A stretch of DNA of 64,000 bases from Candidatus Latescibacterota bacterium (GCA_963667175.2 CAXXXF010000006.1:288001-352000), one strand, 5' to 3'. Counted from the first letter of the stretch, positions 17,719 through 25,954 are shown. Notes: a model not told the origin generated them from the letters alone. Program-made: numbers and translations.

Positions 17719-20700
17719 TTATTGAACGTAGAAACCGGTCTGTCTGTTTGAAGTCAGACCGCTGTTCAGATCGGTGACGTCGATTTCGAGGATATACTGG
17801 CCCGGTCTGGTCGACTTCAGATCCAGCTCCATGTATATTTCTTCCGACTCCGAGTTTCCGATCTGCTCGTAGCCCACCGCCAGTTCCTGTTTTCTGCCGG
17901 TGAATACGCGCACCAACTGGGAGATAACCCCGCTGGCCGAGCGCCCCTGGACGCCTTTGGGCCGAATGGTATACGCCACCTTGTACCGGGTCTGTCCGAA
18001 TGCGTCTTTTTTCAGGCGGTAAATCTCATAGTAGACGAAAACACCCTGGTCCCGTCCGAACGTGCGGGTGGGAATCGGAATGACGCGGAGTCCGCCTTTC
18101 TTGAACTTCCCCGGTTCGTCCGACTCGACAACAGAGTAGGCCAATTGCAACTCGCTCAGCTGCAGGAAGTTCCTGTCGTAGTTGTCGATCACGACTTCCT
18201 GCCGGTACCGGCCCTGCCGCCCGGACAACCTGTCCTTGACCTGCACCTCCATCCGGTACGTGCCGGGAGGCGCCCCCAGATCCACCAGATCGGGCACAAA
18301 GCCGCCGCGCGCGCCGGTCAGGTCGCCGCCGCCGCTGAATTCCAGATTGCCCTGCCGGCGGTACACCGCCCCGTTGCGCGGGTTGTTCAATGCTACGGAT
18401 CGCTGCAGAAACATCTCGGTTGCGTCGCGATCCGGCAGATACTTGCCTAACTTATATGGCGCTCCGAAATAGACCTCCAGTATCGACCCCAGGCCCCGAT
18501 CATCCTCACGGAAGTTGGCCAGGTCGTAATAGAACTCCAGCGGCAATTTGCCCTCTGGCGGCTTGTAGTAGTCCGGCGTTACCCGGGCTGCCTGCTGGGC
18601 CACGAACCGCGGATTGAACTGGTTGAACCTGGTCATCTGCTGCAGGGGAATGCGCACGTCCATCGGCGGCGGTGCGTACTCGAATTCGCCGCGCATATGC
18701 TCATCGGTAAACGTGATTTCGATGCCTCCGTTCACGTCGGTATAAACCCAGACTTCCCAGGGGACCATCGACGCGTCGTCCTGTGAGGAGACGGCCTTGA
18801 ATGCGAAATCGTTTGGAGAGTCGCCCAGCGCCAGCGCGCCCTGATTCATCTGTACGCTTTCGAACCGGAGCAATTCAAGGGATGTTCCCGTCAGTTCATT
18901 TTCCGCCGTAAGACCTGAACCGTAGGTGATGCCAGTACGTTGCGCCTCTCCCTCGGTTGTCCCGCGAGCGACCCTGTTGTCCCCGTAAGTGGCAGAGGAC
19001 AGATCCTCCACCCGCCGTTCTGCACCGAACCCTTCGCCCATGTTCGCGCCGCCGCTGAGATTCGACTTCAGGCTGCGCACCGCGTACACGGGCCCGCCCA
19101 TAAACGTCATCTGGAGGGCGGCCTGGCCGTACATCTGCCGGGCAATGCGCTCCCTGACCCGCTGCACCTTCAGGCTCTGGTCGTAATTCTTCATATCGGA
19201 GGTTGACCGGTATTCGGGTTCCCCGAATCGAATATAGACCTCACCCCGCCGGTCCCAAGGCTGCCTGCCCGACGAATACGCCCCGAGCGCGTACCAGACC
19301 CGCCGGTAGTGCTCAAGCAGGCGCTCGTTGATCGCCGTGGTCAGGTCCGGGTCGTGCGCCGTCCAGAACCGTTTGACCAGTTCGACGCGCGCCGGACCGT
19401 CGGCCATTTCGTACGCACCGCGCTCCTCCGGAGACATCAGAAGGACAGGATCGCGATACAGCGCCTGCTCTTCCGCCGTCGCCGCCTGCAGGTACTCCCT
19501 GAAATACCGGTCCGCCCACTCGAGCCGTCCCAACCCCACGCAGGCCTGCGCCAGGACGGCCATCACACCCGTTTCGTCCGGATGTTGCCGGACGTAGTCA
19601 GTCAGCAGGTTCACGATCCGTTCGTAGTTCCGGGACCGGAGGTACACCGCGGCCAGCCGCTGCCGGCCCCTGGGATCTTCGGGTTCAAGCGTCATGTATC
19701 GCGCGTAGAGCAGGGCCGCCCGCTCGAAATCCTCCTCATGCACCTCGTACCACTCTCCTAAAAGCAGATACGCGGGCGCATACGTTGGATCGATGTCGAG
19801 CACTTTCTCGATATCGTACTTGGCGTCGTGCTCCTGCAGTTTGCGCCTCAGCCTCGCGATATTGTAGCGCGCTTCCAGGTAGTCACGGTTGTATTGAAGC
19901 GCCTTCGTATAGTACCGGATGGCGTCGTACCGGGCTTTGGGCCGCGTTTCGAACACCTGACCGAGTCCGTTGTACGCTTCCGCCATCCTGTGGTCCAGTC
20001 GAACCGCGCGTTCGAAAGAACGTAGCGCAGCGTCAGGATTCTTCGACTTCAAATAGGCATAGCCCAACTTCGAATGCCCGCGCGCGGACTTCGGCGCCAT
20101 CAGCGTGACCACCTGCAGCACCGGCACGGACGCTTGCGGATCCACGTCCAGCACCCGTCTGCCGACGTCCAGCAACGAATCGATCTGGGCCTTTCCCGCC
20201 ACCCTGTCCACCACCCGGAACCCGTCGTCGTGTCGAACCAGTTCCAGCAGCCGCCCGCGGTGGTAGGGACTGATCACCATCGCCTCGCCGGGGGCAGCGC
20301 CCGACCGGTAGAAATAACTGATCGGGCTCTTCTTTCGATCTTCGGGCGACCTGAACAACCGGTCGAGAATCCGCTCCTCCGAGTCATCCAACCCCCCTGC
20401 CCGGACGGAAGCCTTCAGCGCCTCCAGGTTCACGGGCGAACTGCCGTTATGGAGCCGGCGGTATTCAAGTATCATCTCCCCGATCGCGGACAGGTTCTCC
20501 CTGCCAACCCATCGGGCGCCCTGGGCCCCGGCCATCTGCGATCTGCCCGCCAGCAGTTTCGCGTACGCCATTGCAGGTTTGGAGTAAAGAAGGTGATTCC
20601 GCGCAAGCGCTTCGAACTGCTGAGCCGCATCGCGGTAGAAACGTCGCGCGTGCCGAAATTCCCATTGACGGAGCGCCCCGTACGCCAGTTTTACCGTCAT

Positions 20701-21219
20701 CATCGCCTTTTCGACGCCAGCGAGCGAACGGTTGGGTCCGTTGCGCGGACCCCCGTTTTGCGCCTGCCTGCCGCCTGCCTGCAGGCAGGCGGAACCCCAC
20801 TCGACGTCCAGGCGTTCAAGTTCAAATTTGCCGGCTCGCCGCACAACCGTGCCGTTTACCATCACCTCCCAGACCTGGCTCTCAACCATCGGCGCCGCCG
20901 CCTGCCCCACCCCGGAGAGGCGATAGTCCCGCAACGGGCGATCCCTGTAGAATACCCGCCGGCCGTCCGCGGATCTGCCCAGTTGACCGGGACGGCCCGG
21001 GAAAGCGCCCAGCCTGTGTTCGGTCCCGCTTGCGTCCACGGACCACAATTCCGTCAACGCCGCCTGTCCGTTTTCGTAGAAAGCGGTCCGTATCCGCTGG
21101 CCGTTGGACTCCGCCGGAACTGGAAGCGCGGTCCCGGCCAGCAACCCGCAGGCGGAGAGCAGACGAAGGGCGAGTGAACTCATGAAGAACTTTCCAAGAG
21201 CCGACACAACCGGCTTCAC
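17719..21219 (-). CDS. TPR + GWxTD-domain exported protein
   Basis: Signal peptide, TPRs, FWTAHDPDLTTAINERLLEHYRRVWYA...WDRRGEVYIRFGEP, EVWVY, C-terminal Ig-like domains; alternative start at ATG 21183. Confidence 0.85.
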   Translation of the reverse strand: MKPVVSALGKFFMSSLALRLLSACGLLAGTALPVPAESNGQRIRTAFYENGQAALTELWSVDASGTEHRLGAFPGRPGQLGRSADGRRVFYRDRPLRDYRLSGVGQAAAPMVESQVWEVMVNGTVVRRAGKFELERLDVEWGSACLQAGGRQAQNGGPRNGPNRSLAGVEKAMMTVKLAYGALRQWEFRHARRFYRDAAQQFEALARNHLLYSKPAMAYAKLLAGRSQMAGAQGARWVGRENLSAIGEMILEYRRLHNGSSPVNLEALKASVRAGGLDDSEERILDRLFRSPEDRKKSPISYFYRSGAAPGEAMVISPYHRGRLLELVRHDDGFRVVDRVAGKAQIDSLLDVGRRVLDVDPQASVPVLQVVTLMAPKSARGHSKLGYAYLKSKNPDAALRSFERAVRLDHRMAEAYNGLGQVFETRPKARYDAIRYYTKALQYNRDYLEARYNIARLRRKLQEHDAKYDIEKVLDIDPTYAPAYLLLGEWYEVHEEDFERAALLYARYMTLEPEDPRGRQRLAAVYLRSRNYERIVNLLTDYVRQHPDETGVMAVLAQACVGLGRLEWADRYFREYLQAATAEEQALYRDPVLLMSPEERGAYEMADGPARVELVKRFWTAHDPDLTTAINERLLEHYRRVWYALGAYSSGRQPWDRRGEVYIRFGEPEYRSTSDMKNYDQSLKVQRVRERIARQMYGQAALQMTFMGGPVYAVRSLKSNLSGGANMGEGFGAERRVEDLSSATYGDNRVARGTTEGEAQRTGITYGSGLTAENELTGTSLELLRFESVQMNQGALALGDSPNDFAFKAVSSQDDASMVPWEVWVYTDVNGGIEITFTDEHMRGEFEYAPPPMDVRIPLQQMTRFNQFNPRFVAQQAARVTPDYYKPPEGKLPLEFYYDLANFREDDRGLGSILEVYFGAPYKLGKYLPDRDATEMFLQRSVALNNPRNGAVYRRQGNLEFSGGGDLTGARGGFVPDLVDLGAPPGTYRMEVQVKDRLSGRQGRYRQEVVIDNYDRNFLQLSELQLAYSVVESDEPGKFKKGGLRVIPIPTRTFGRDQGVFVYYEIYRLKKDAFGQTRYKVAYTIRPKGVQGRSASGVISQLVRVFTGRKQELAVGYEQIGNSESEEIYMELDLKSTRPGQYILEIDVTDLNSGLTSNRQTGFYVQ
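20763..20789. repeat. CCTG...CAGG palindromic mini-insertion, in frame in CDS
   Basis: CCTGCCTGCCGCCTGCCTGCAGGCAGG (27 bp) between G and CG. Confidence 0.65.
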
Positions 21220-21243
21220 CGAAAGGTTTCGGGTTGATGTAAA

Positions 21244-21641
21244 CCCATTAAATCAAAAACCACAACTCACATGGATGGACAGGATAGACAGGATGAAAAC
21301 CAAAAAGGCGCGACAAACACACGAAAAAAACAAACATCAGAAACTACGAAACACGCGAAACACACGAAAAAAACAAACAGCGCAAACGACAAAACACGCG
21401 AGATAAGCGAACAATGCCTGGCTGGACCCTTGAACTCATCTCATTTAAAAAAACAAAACTCACATGGATAGACAGGATGAACAGGATAAAAACAAAAAAC
21501 GCGACAAAGGCACGAGAAAACGAGGAAAAGCAAAATGCACGACCAAAAACAAACATCGAAAACTACGAAAATAACGAAAAATATCTGGCTGACCCCGTTA
21601 ATCCCATTAAATCATAAACCAGAACTCACATGGATAAACAG
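21244..21641 (+). repeat. A-rich modular repeat array, locus R2 (two tandem units, three cores)
   Basis: ACTCA^CATGGAT cores at 21270, 21463 and 21629; 24-mer at 21337-21360; bounded by a 33-bp direct repeat (31/33). Confidence 0.92.
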
Positions 21642-21673
21642 ATCTTATTCGTGAGAAATTCGATTCCATCCTC

Positions 21674-21699
21674 TGCGGGCAGGATGCCCGCGCTCCCAG
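21674..21699 (-). repeat. GGAG-type REP-like palindrome
   Basis: Minus strand CTGGGAGC-GCGGGCA-TCC-TGCCCGC-A; second copy at 23896-23949. Confidence 0.7.
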
Positions 21700-21823
21700 G
21701 GGAGTGATGCCGAAATACGGCGGGGCAGCAAAGTTAACCTTCTGCCACTCTATTTAATAGAATAAGGAAAATGAAAGAAAAATCAAAGCGGAACCTGGTC
21801 TTGACGCGGTGGTTGAGGTCATG

Positions 21824-23812
21824 TCATTTCCCCTGCAGCGCGCGAATCCGTCGACGGGCTTCGGCCGAAACCTCTACGTCGCCGCGCCACTGTTTCAGAA
21901 ACGCCTCGTAGGCCGCGGCCGCATCCCCGGGTCTGCCCTGGCTCTCCAGCACCTGGCCCAGGTTGAAATACGCCCTCGATTCTCCCAACGATGCGGATCT
22001 GCGATACGCCTGCGCCGCTTCTTCGGGGCGCCCGGTTTCCTCCAGCGCCACGCCGAGGTTGAATTGGGTTTCCCCGTCTCCCGGCAGCAGAACCGCGGCC
22101 TGCCTGAATCCCTCCGCGGCCATCGCCGGCTCCCCGGCCCGCATGGCCGTGACACCCAGATTCATCCAGGCCTCCGCGAATTTCGGATCCAGACCCACGG
22201 CTTTTCGGTATGCCTCGGTCGCCTGCGCGAAAGCCCCCTTCACGCCGTACGCATTGCCCAGGTTGTTGTAGGTCATGGCTTCTTCGCGGATCGACAGGGC
22301 CCGACGAAACGCCAGAATCGCCCGGTCCATCAGGCCCCGCTCGGCAAGCACCTGCCCCACCGCGTGATGCATCTTCGCACTCGTCGGATACGCTCGCGAC
22401 GCGCTGGAAAACAGGCTGAAGTCATCCTTCCAATCACCGTTCCGAACCACCGTTCGCCCGGCGTACGCCGCCACCACAAGGGCAATCGCGATGACGACGC
22501 TGACGCCGTAGCGCCTGAACAACCTGTCAACCCCGATTCCTGCCAGAGCGAACACGCCGAGAACCGGGATATAGAGGAAGCGTTCCTGCACCATTGAATT
22601 CAGAAGCAACACGGTCTGCGACACCCCGGCATAGGGCGCCCAAAAAAGCGCGCCACAAAAAAACAGCCGCGGCCATCTCGCCAGCGATCGTATCCACAGG
22701 CACAGCCCGCCGAGTCCGAGCGCCACCCCCGCAATCACCCCGGGCTCCAGAAGGGATAGCGAGACCGGTATCGCATTGTACGAGTAATCCACGGACAGGC
22801 GCGATGGAAATGCAAGAAGGGAAACGTAGTGCCAGAAAATCTTCCCGGCGGTCAGGACCCGCACTTCCAGTGAGGCCCCATAGAGCGGATTTACCAGTTC
22901 GGTCATCCCGCCGGGCGAAAATCCAAGGCCCGCCGCGGTGTTGCGCACCACCAGACAGACCCCGAATACCCCCGCAAATCCCAGCCACCACGGCCATCGT
23001 GTCCTTGTCACGCCCGCAACCCGGCGCAGAACCTCGGCCCAAACGGATCTCCCTGCGGACCAGGACAAAGCTGTCTCCGGCGGACCTTCCCCGCGCTTTC
23101 TTCGACGCTCCCCGTTCTGAATCGTATTGCCCTCTGCAACCTCAATCCCCGACGCCAGGTCATATACGATTATGAGGCCCATCAACGCGAGTGCGCTTTC
23201 CTTGCTGATCAGGCCGCAGAAGAAGGCGACGAGCGCAAGCGCGTAGGTCCCCCGCGAACGCGACGGATGCATGTACGCCGTCATACCCGCCAGTAAGAAA
23301 GCGCCGGCCAGCAGGTCGGACCGTCCGAAGGTCACGCCCGCCGCCACTTCCGAATGGATCGGATGCACGGCGAATAACAGGCCCGCAACACCCGCGGCGA
23401 AACGGCTCAGACCCGCGCGCCTGCACAACCCCCACGCCAGCAGACTGCAACACACGTGAAGAAGCACGTTGGTCAGGTGATACCGAAACGGCCGAATGCC
23501 GCCCATCGCGTCCAGCAGAAACGTGAGCACCGTCAGGGGCCGGTAATGACCGGTTTCGTTCCCCGGGTATCCAGCCCAATAGTGGGTCGTGAACACGCTC
23601 CTGAAATCCAGTCGTTCCACGAGCCAGCTTCGAACGATCAGGAATTGGTCGTCGTAGACCAGCCCGTTGCCCAGCGCGTTGAGGTATACCCCGAACGCCG
23701 CCATACCCACGAGAACCGGCCACGCCCACGGGTACGTTACTTCCTTTCCTACGTCCGACACCGAACGATCCTTACGCCTTCGGGAGATGCGTTTCGCCAT
23801 ACCCACCGCCAT
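21824..23812 (-). CDS. TMTC-like membrane glycosyltransferase (DUF1736) with TPRs
   Basis: LVYDD, YRPLT, YHLTNVLLH, LFAVHPIHSEVAA..GRSDLL, SKE, LSVDY, ERFLYIP, RNGDW, C-terminal TPRs. Confidence 0.88.
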   Translation of the reverse strand: MAVGMAKRISRRRKDRSVSDVGKEVTYPWAWPVLVGMAAFGVYLNALGNGLVYDDQFLIVRSWLVERLDFRSVFTTHYWAGYPGNETGHYRPLTVLTFLLDAMGGIRPFRYHLTNVLLHVCCSLLAWGLCRRAGLSRFAAGVAGLLFAVHPIHSEVAAGVTFGRSDLLAGAFLLAGMTAYMHPSRSRGTYALALVAFFCGLISKESALALMGLIIVYDLASGIEVAEGNTIQNGERRRKRGEGPPETALSWSAGRSVWAEVLRRVAGVTRTRWPWWLGFAGVFGVCLVVRNTAAGLGFSPGGMTELVNPLYGASLEVRVLTAGKIFWHYVSLLAFPSRLSVDYSYNAIPVSLSLLEPGVIAGVALGLGGLCLWIRSLARWPRLFFCGALFWAPYAGVSQTVLLLNSMVQERFLYIPVLGVFALAGIGVDRLFRRYGVSVVIAIALVVAAYAGRTVVRNGDWKDDFSLFSSASRAYPTSAKMHHAVGQVLAERGLMDRAILAFRRALSIREEAMTYNNLGNAYGVKGAFAQATEAYRKAVGLDPKFAEAWMNLGVTAMRAGEPAMAAEGFRQAAVLLPGDGETQFNLGVALEETGRPEEAAQAYRRSASLGESRAYFNLGQVLESQGRPGDAAAAYEAFLKQWRGDVEVSAEARRRIRALQGK

Positions 23813-23895
23813 TTTAGACCCTTGTTGAGGCTATTCAACAGAGGAGGTATTTCGCGCCGTTCAGTTTGATTCAACGAAATTCCGAAGCATAACCA

Positions 23896-23949
23896 TGCGG
23901 GCAGGATGCCCGCCTGTCTGCCGTGCCATGCGCAGGCAGGCGCTCCCAG
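23896..23949 (-). repeat. GGAG-type REP interrupted by a 28-bp CCTG...CAGG element
   Basis: Identical to 21674-21699 once 23913-23940 is removed. Confidence 0.75.
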
Positions 23950-23991
23950 TTCGGAAGGGCGAAATGTCACTGTTGGTTCGTCCCCAAAAGG

Positions 23992-24022
23992 AAAAGCCTC
24001 CCGCATCACGTGGAGGCTTTTT
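23992..24022. terminator. Bidirectional intrinsic terminator
   Basis: AAAAGCCTCC-10 nt-GGAGGCTTTTT. Confidence 0.7.
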
Positions 24023-24048
24023 ACAGGGAACGCGTCGAGCGAATTGGG

Positions 24049-24210
24049 TCATTTCTTTTCAGGAGAATATGGAGGAGGGTCTTTAAACTGCACCCCTGCT
24101 TCCTCCTGTTCTCTGATCCACTGGAATACTTCCTTTCGCCCCTCTTCCCGCCCCTCTTCCCGCCCCTCCTCTCGCTGTTTGCGCCGTATTTCCGCAAGGA
24201 CACCTAACAT
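24049..24210 (-). CDS. 53-aa small protein with (REEG)x3 repeat, below the ORF-track cutoff
   Basis: AGGAGGT RBS 6 nt before ATG; MLGVLAEIRRKQREEGREEGREEGRKEVFQWIREQEEAGVQFKDPPPYSPEKK*; followed by a terminator. Confidence 0.75.
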   Translation of the reverse strand: MLGVLAEIRRKQREEGREEGREEGRKEVFQWIREQEEAGVQFKDPPPYSPEKK

Positions 24211-24250
24211 GGCCTCACCTCCTGCAAGAATAACAAACGCTCCGGTTACC

Positions 24251-24570
24251 GATCAGGATTTGCAGGATTAAGCAGGATTAGATACCAGGAGCAGGATGAA
24301 AACCGAAGAGCGCGAGAAAGGCACGAGAAAACCAACATCAGAAACTACGAAACACGCGAAACACACGAAATAAACAAACAACGCAAACGACAAGACACGC
24401 GAGATAAGCGAACAATGCCTGGCTGGGCCCTTGAACTCATCTCATTTAAAAAACAAAACTCACATGGATAGACAGGATGAACAGGATAAAAAAACAAAGA
24501 GCACGAGAAAGGCACGAGAAAACGAGTAACTGCAATAAATCAATACACCATAGACCGCACGACAACACTC
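24251..24570 (+). repeat. A-rich modular repeat array, locus R3
   Basis: CAGGAT runs from 24251, 24-mer at 24338-24361, core at 24463; about 160 bp nearly identical to 21333-21492. Confidence 0.92.
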
Positions 24571-24776
24571 CGGGCGCCGCGGTCCCGGAATTCTAACGGT
24601 TCTCCTTATTTGTACGCTGAATATTCGAAAAACAACAGGTTATTCAAAAAACAAGACATTTTCGTGATTTATTAACGATAAATGTATCAAATCTGAACCC
24701 TGCAAACAAGTAGATTTGGAGCTGTCAGGCAGTACATGCGACCGGTACTTGAAACTCAGTTTATTCCGGCATTTGA

Positions 24777-24811
24777 CCACTGAACACTATCCACTATCCA
24801 CTGACCACTGC
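24777..24811. repeat. Heptamer tandem repeat (CCACTGA/CCACTAT) x5
   Basis: ccactga acactat ccactat ccactga ccactgc; related tract at 37193-37220. Confidence 0.6.
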
Positions 24812-24821
24812 CTTTAAATTT

Positions 24822-24866
24822 AAAAACGGGCGGCGACCGGGCTTTAGAGTCCCGGGCGCCGCCCGT
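24822..24866 (-). terminator. Intrinsic terminator after the PorV-family gene
   Basis: ACGGGCGGCG...CGCCGCCCGT stem followed by a T-run on the minus strand. Confidence 0.65.
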
Positions 24867-24936
24867 CGGTTCATTCGCCGACAAAGCGCCGGATTAAATT
24901 ACACTTGAATCCACTCCGCCGCTTTGCGGGGTGGAC

Positions 24937-25929
24937 TTAGAACGTACCGCCGACGGAAACGCGGATCGGCGGATCGAACATGACGACACCGTCGTTCTTC
25001 TGCAGGAGCGAAACCGCCACGTCCGCCGTGATGGTACGGCCCCCGAAGGTCTGCTTCAGGCCCGCGCCCACGGCAATGCTCTCGAGGTCGTAGTTCCACT
25101 TCCAGCCTGCGCGCAACGCGAGCGCGTTCTGCAGCCACAACTCGGCGCCGAAATGCCAGCGCTGCTCAAAGTCCACGAAAAACGCGCTTTCCACGGACGC
25201 CGTAAGGTAGGACGGATCGCCCTTTTCACCATAGATTTCCGCGGCAACGCCGATATTGTAGACAAGCGGCAACAGGTATGCGTTGTCGCCCGACTTGCGG
25301 TCAGGGCCGAAATTCCTGAACGCCATCGCGATACGAAGGCTCCGGAAGCCCGTATAGAAGAAACTGCCCACGTCCACCGTAAAGCCCGTGGTCTTCACCG
25401 TGTAGAGTTTCTCCTGGACGTAATTCGCTTTCGCGCTGAAAGAAAACTTGTCGGTGAATTTGATCGCATAGAGCAAACCGACGGAGATATTGTGTACCAC
25501 CACGTCCTGCCCGGTGCCGGTGGGCTGATAGATTGTGGTCTCCTTGGAGGGCTTCGGGTTGTGGGACACGACCGTGAGCCCAAGGACCTCGCCCCGAGCG
25601 GACCGCGTGTTCCATACGGCGGCAGCCGAGTACAACTGGGTGTCGAGCAGAAAGCGCGTCCAGTTCGCCTGGTAGGCCACGCGCTCCACATGCACAAGCC
25701 CGGAACCGTTCCAGAAGATCGCATTGATGTCGTCGGCGACGGCGGTAAACGCATCGCCCATGGCCACGGCCCGGGCGCCCTGGCCGATCTTCAGGAACTG
25801 CATCCCGGAAATGTTAACTTTCTTGACACCGTACTCTCCGGTCACCCCGCCCCACTTCACTGCCAAAGCCGGTGAAGCGGCAAGCATCAGGGCCAAGACC
25901 GACGTAATGATGAACATACTTCTTTTCAC
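24937..25929 (-). CDS. PorV/PorQ family outer-membrane barrel
   Basis: QFLKIGQGARAVAMGDAFTAVADDINAIFWNGSGL signature, signal peptide, terminal Phe. Confidence 0.88.
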   Translation of the reverse strand: MKRSMFIITSVLALMLAASPALAVKWGGVTGEYGVKKVNISGMQFLKIGQGARAVAMGDAFTAVADDINAIFWNGSGLVHVERVAYQANWTRFLLDTQLYSAAAVWNTRSARGEVLGLTVVSHNPKPSKETTIYQPTGTGQDVVVHNISVGLLYAIKFTDKFSFSAKANYVQEKLYTVKTTGFTVDVGSFFYTGFRSLRIAMAFRNFGPDRKSGDNAYLLPLVYNIGVAAEIYGEKGDPSYLTASVESAFFVDFEQRWHFGAELWLQNALALRAGWKWNYDLESIAVGAGLKQTFGGRTITADVAVSLLQKNDGVVMFDPPIRVSVGGTF

Positions 25930-25954
25930 GTCATTTCCTCCTTGTTTGAGCCCG

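Noticed and set aside
21104-21617. Lys/Arg/Thr-rich small ORFs over the repeats (also 10830-11267, 32671-32967, 34790-34981)
   Set aside because: T-poor sequence lacks stop codons by composition, and indels between copies do not preserve frame
21244-21641. CRISPR array
   Set aside because: Units are 166-193 bp, the sequences between cores are homologous to each other rather than unique spacers, and no cas genes are present
24021-24203. 60-aa RGGK-repeat ORF from the track
   Set aside because: The overlapping frame 24049-24210 has the ATG and perfect RBS and is preferred
21463-24463. Exactly 3000-bp spacing of cores (and a 13500-bp offset of the R1/R3 tails)
   Set aside because: Other pairs show no round spacing and an internal indel shifts the offset; treated as coincidence
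11011-24570. DGR template/variable repeat pair (7 of 10 mismatches have A in the 24.5-kb copy)
   Set aside because: That copy is 26/60 A, so the bias is weak; non-A mismatches exist; the region is essentially non-coding; the RT is a standard intron maturase inside a full ribozyme, with no Avd gene
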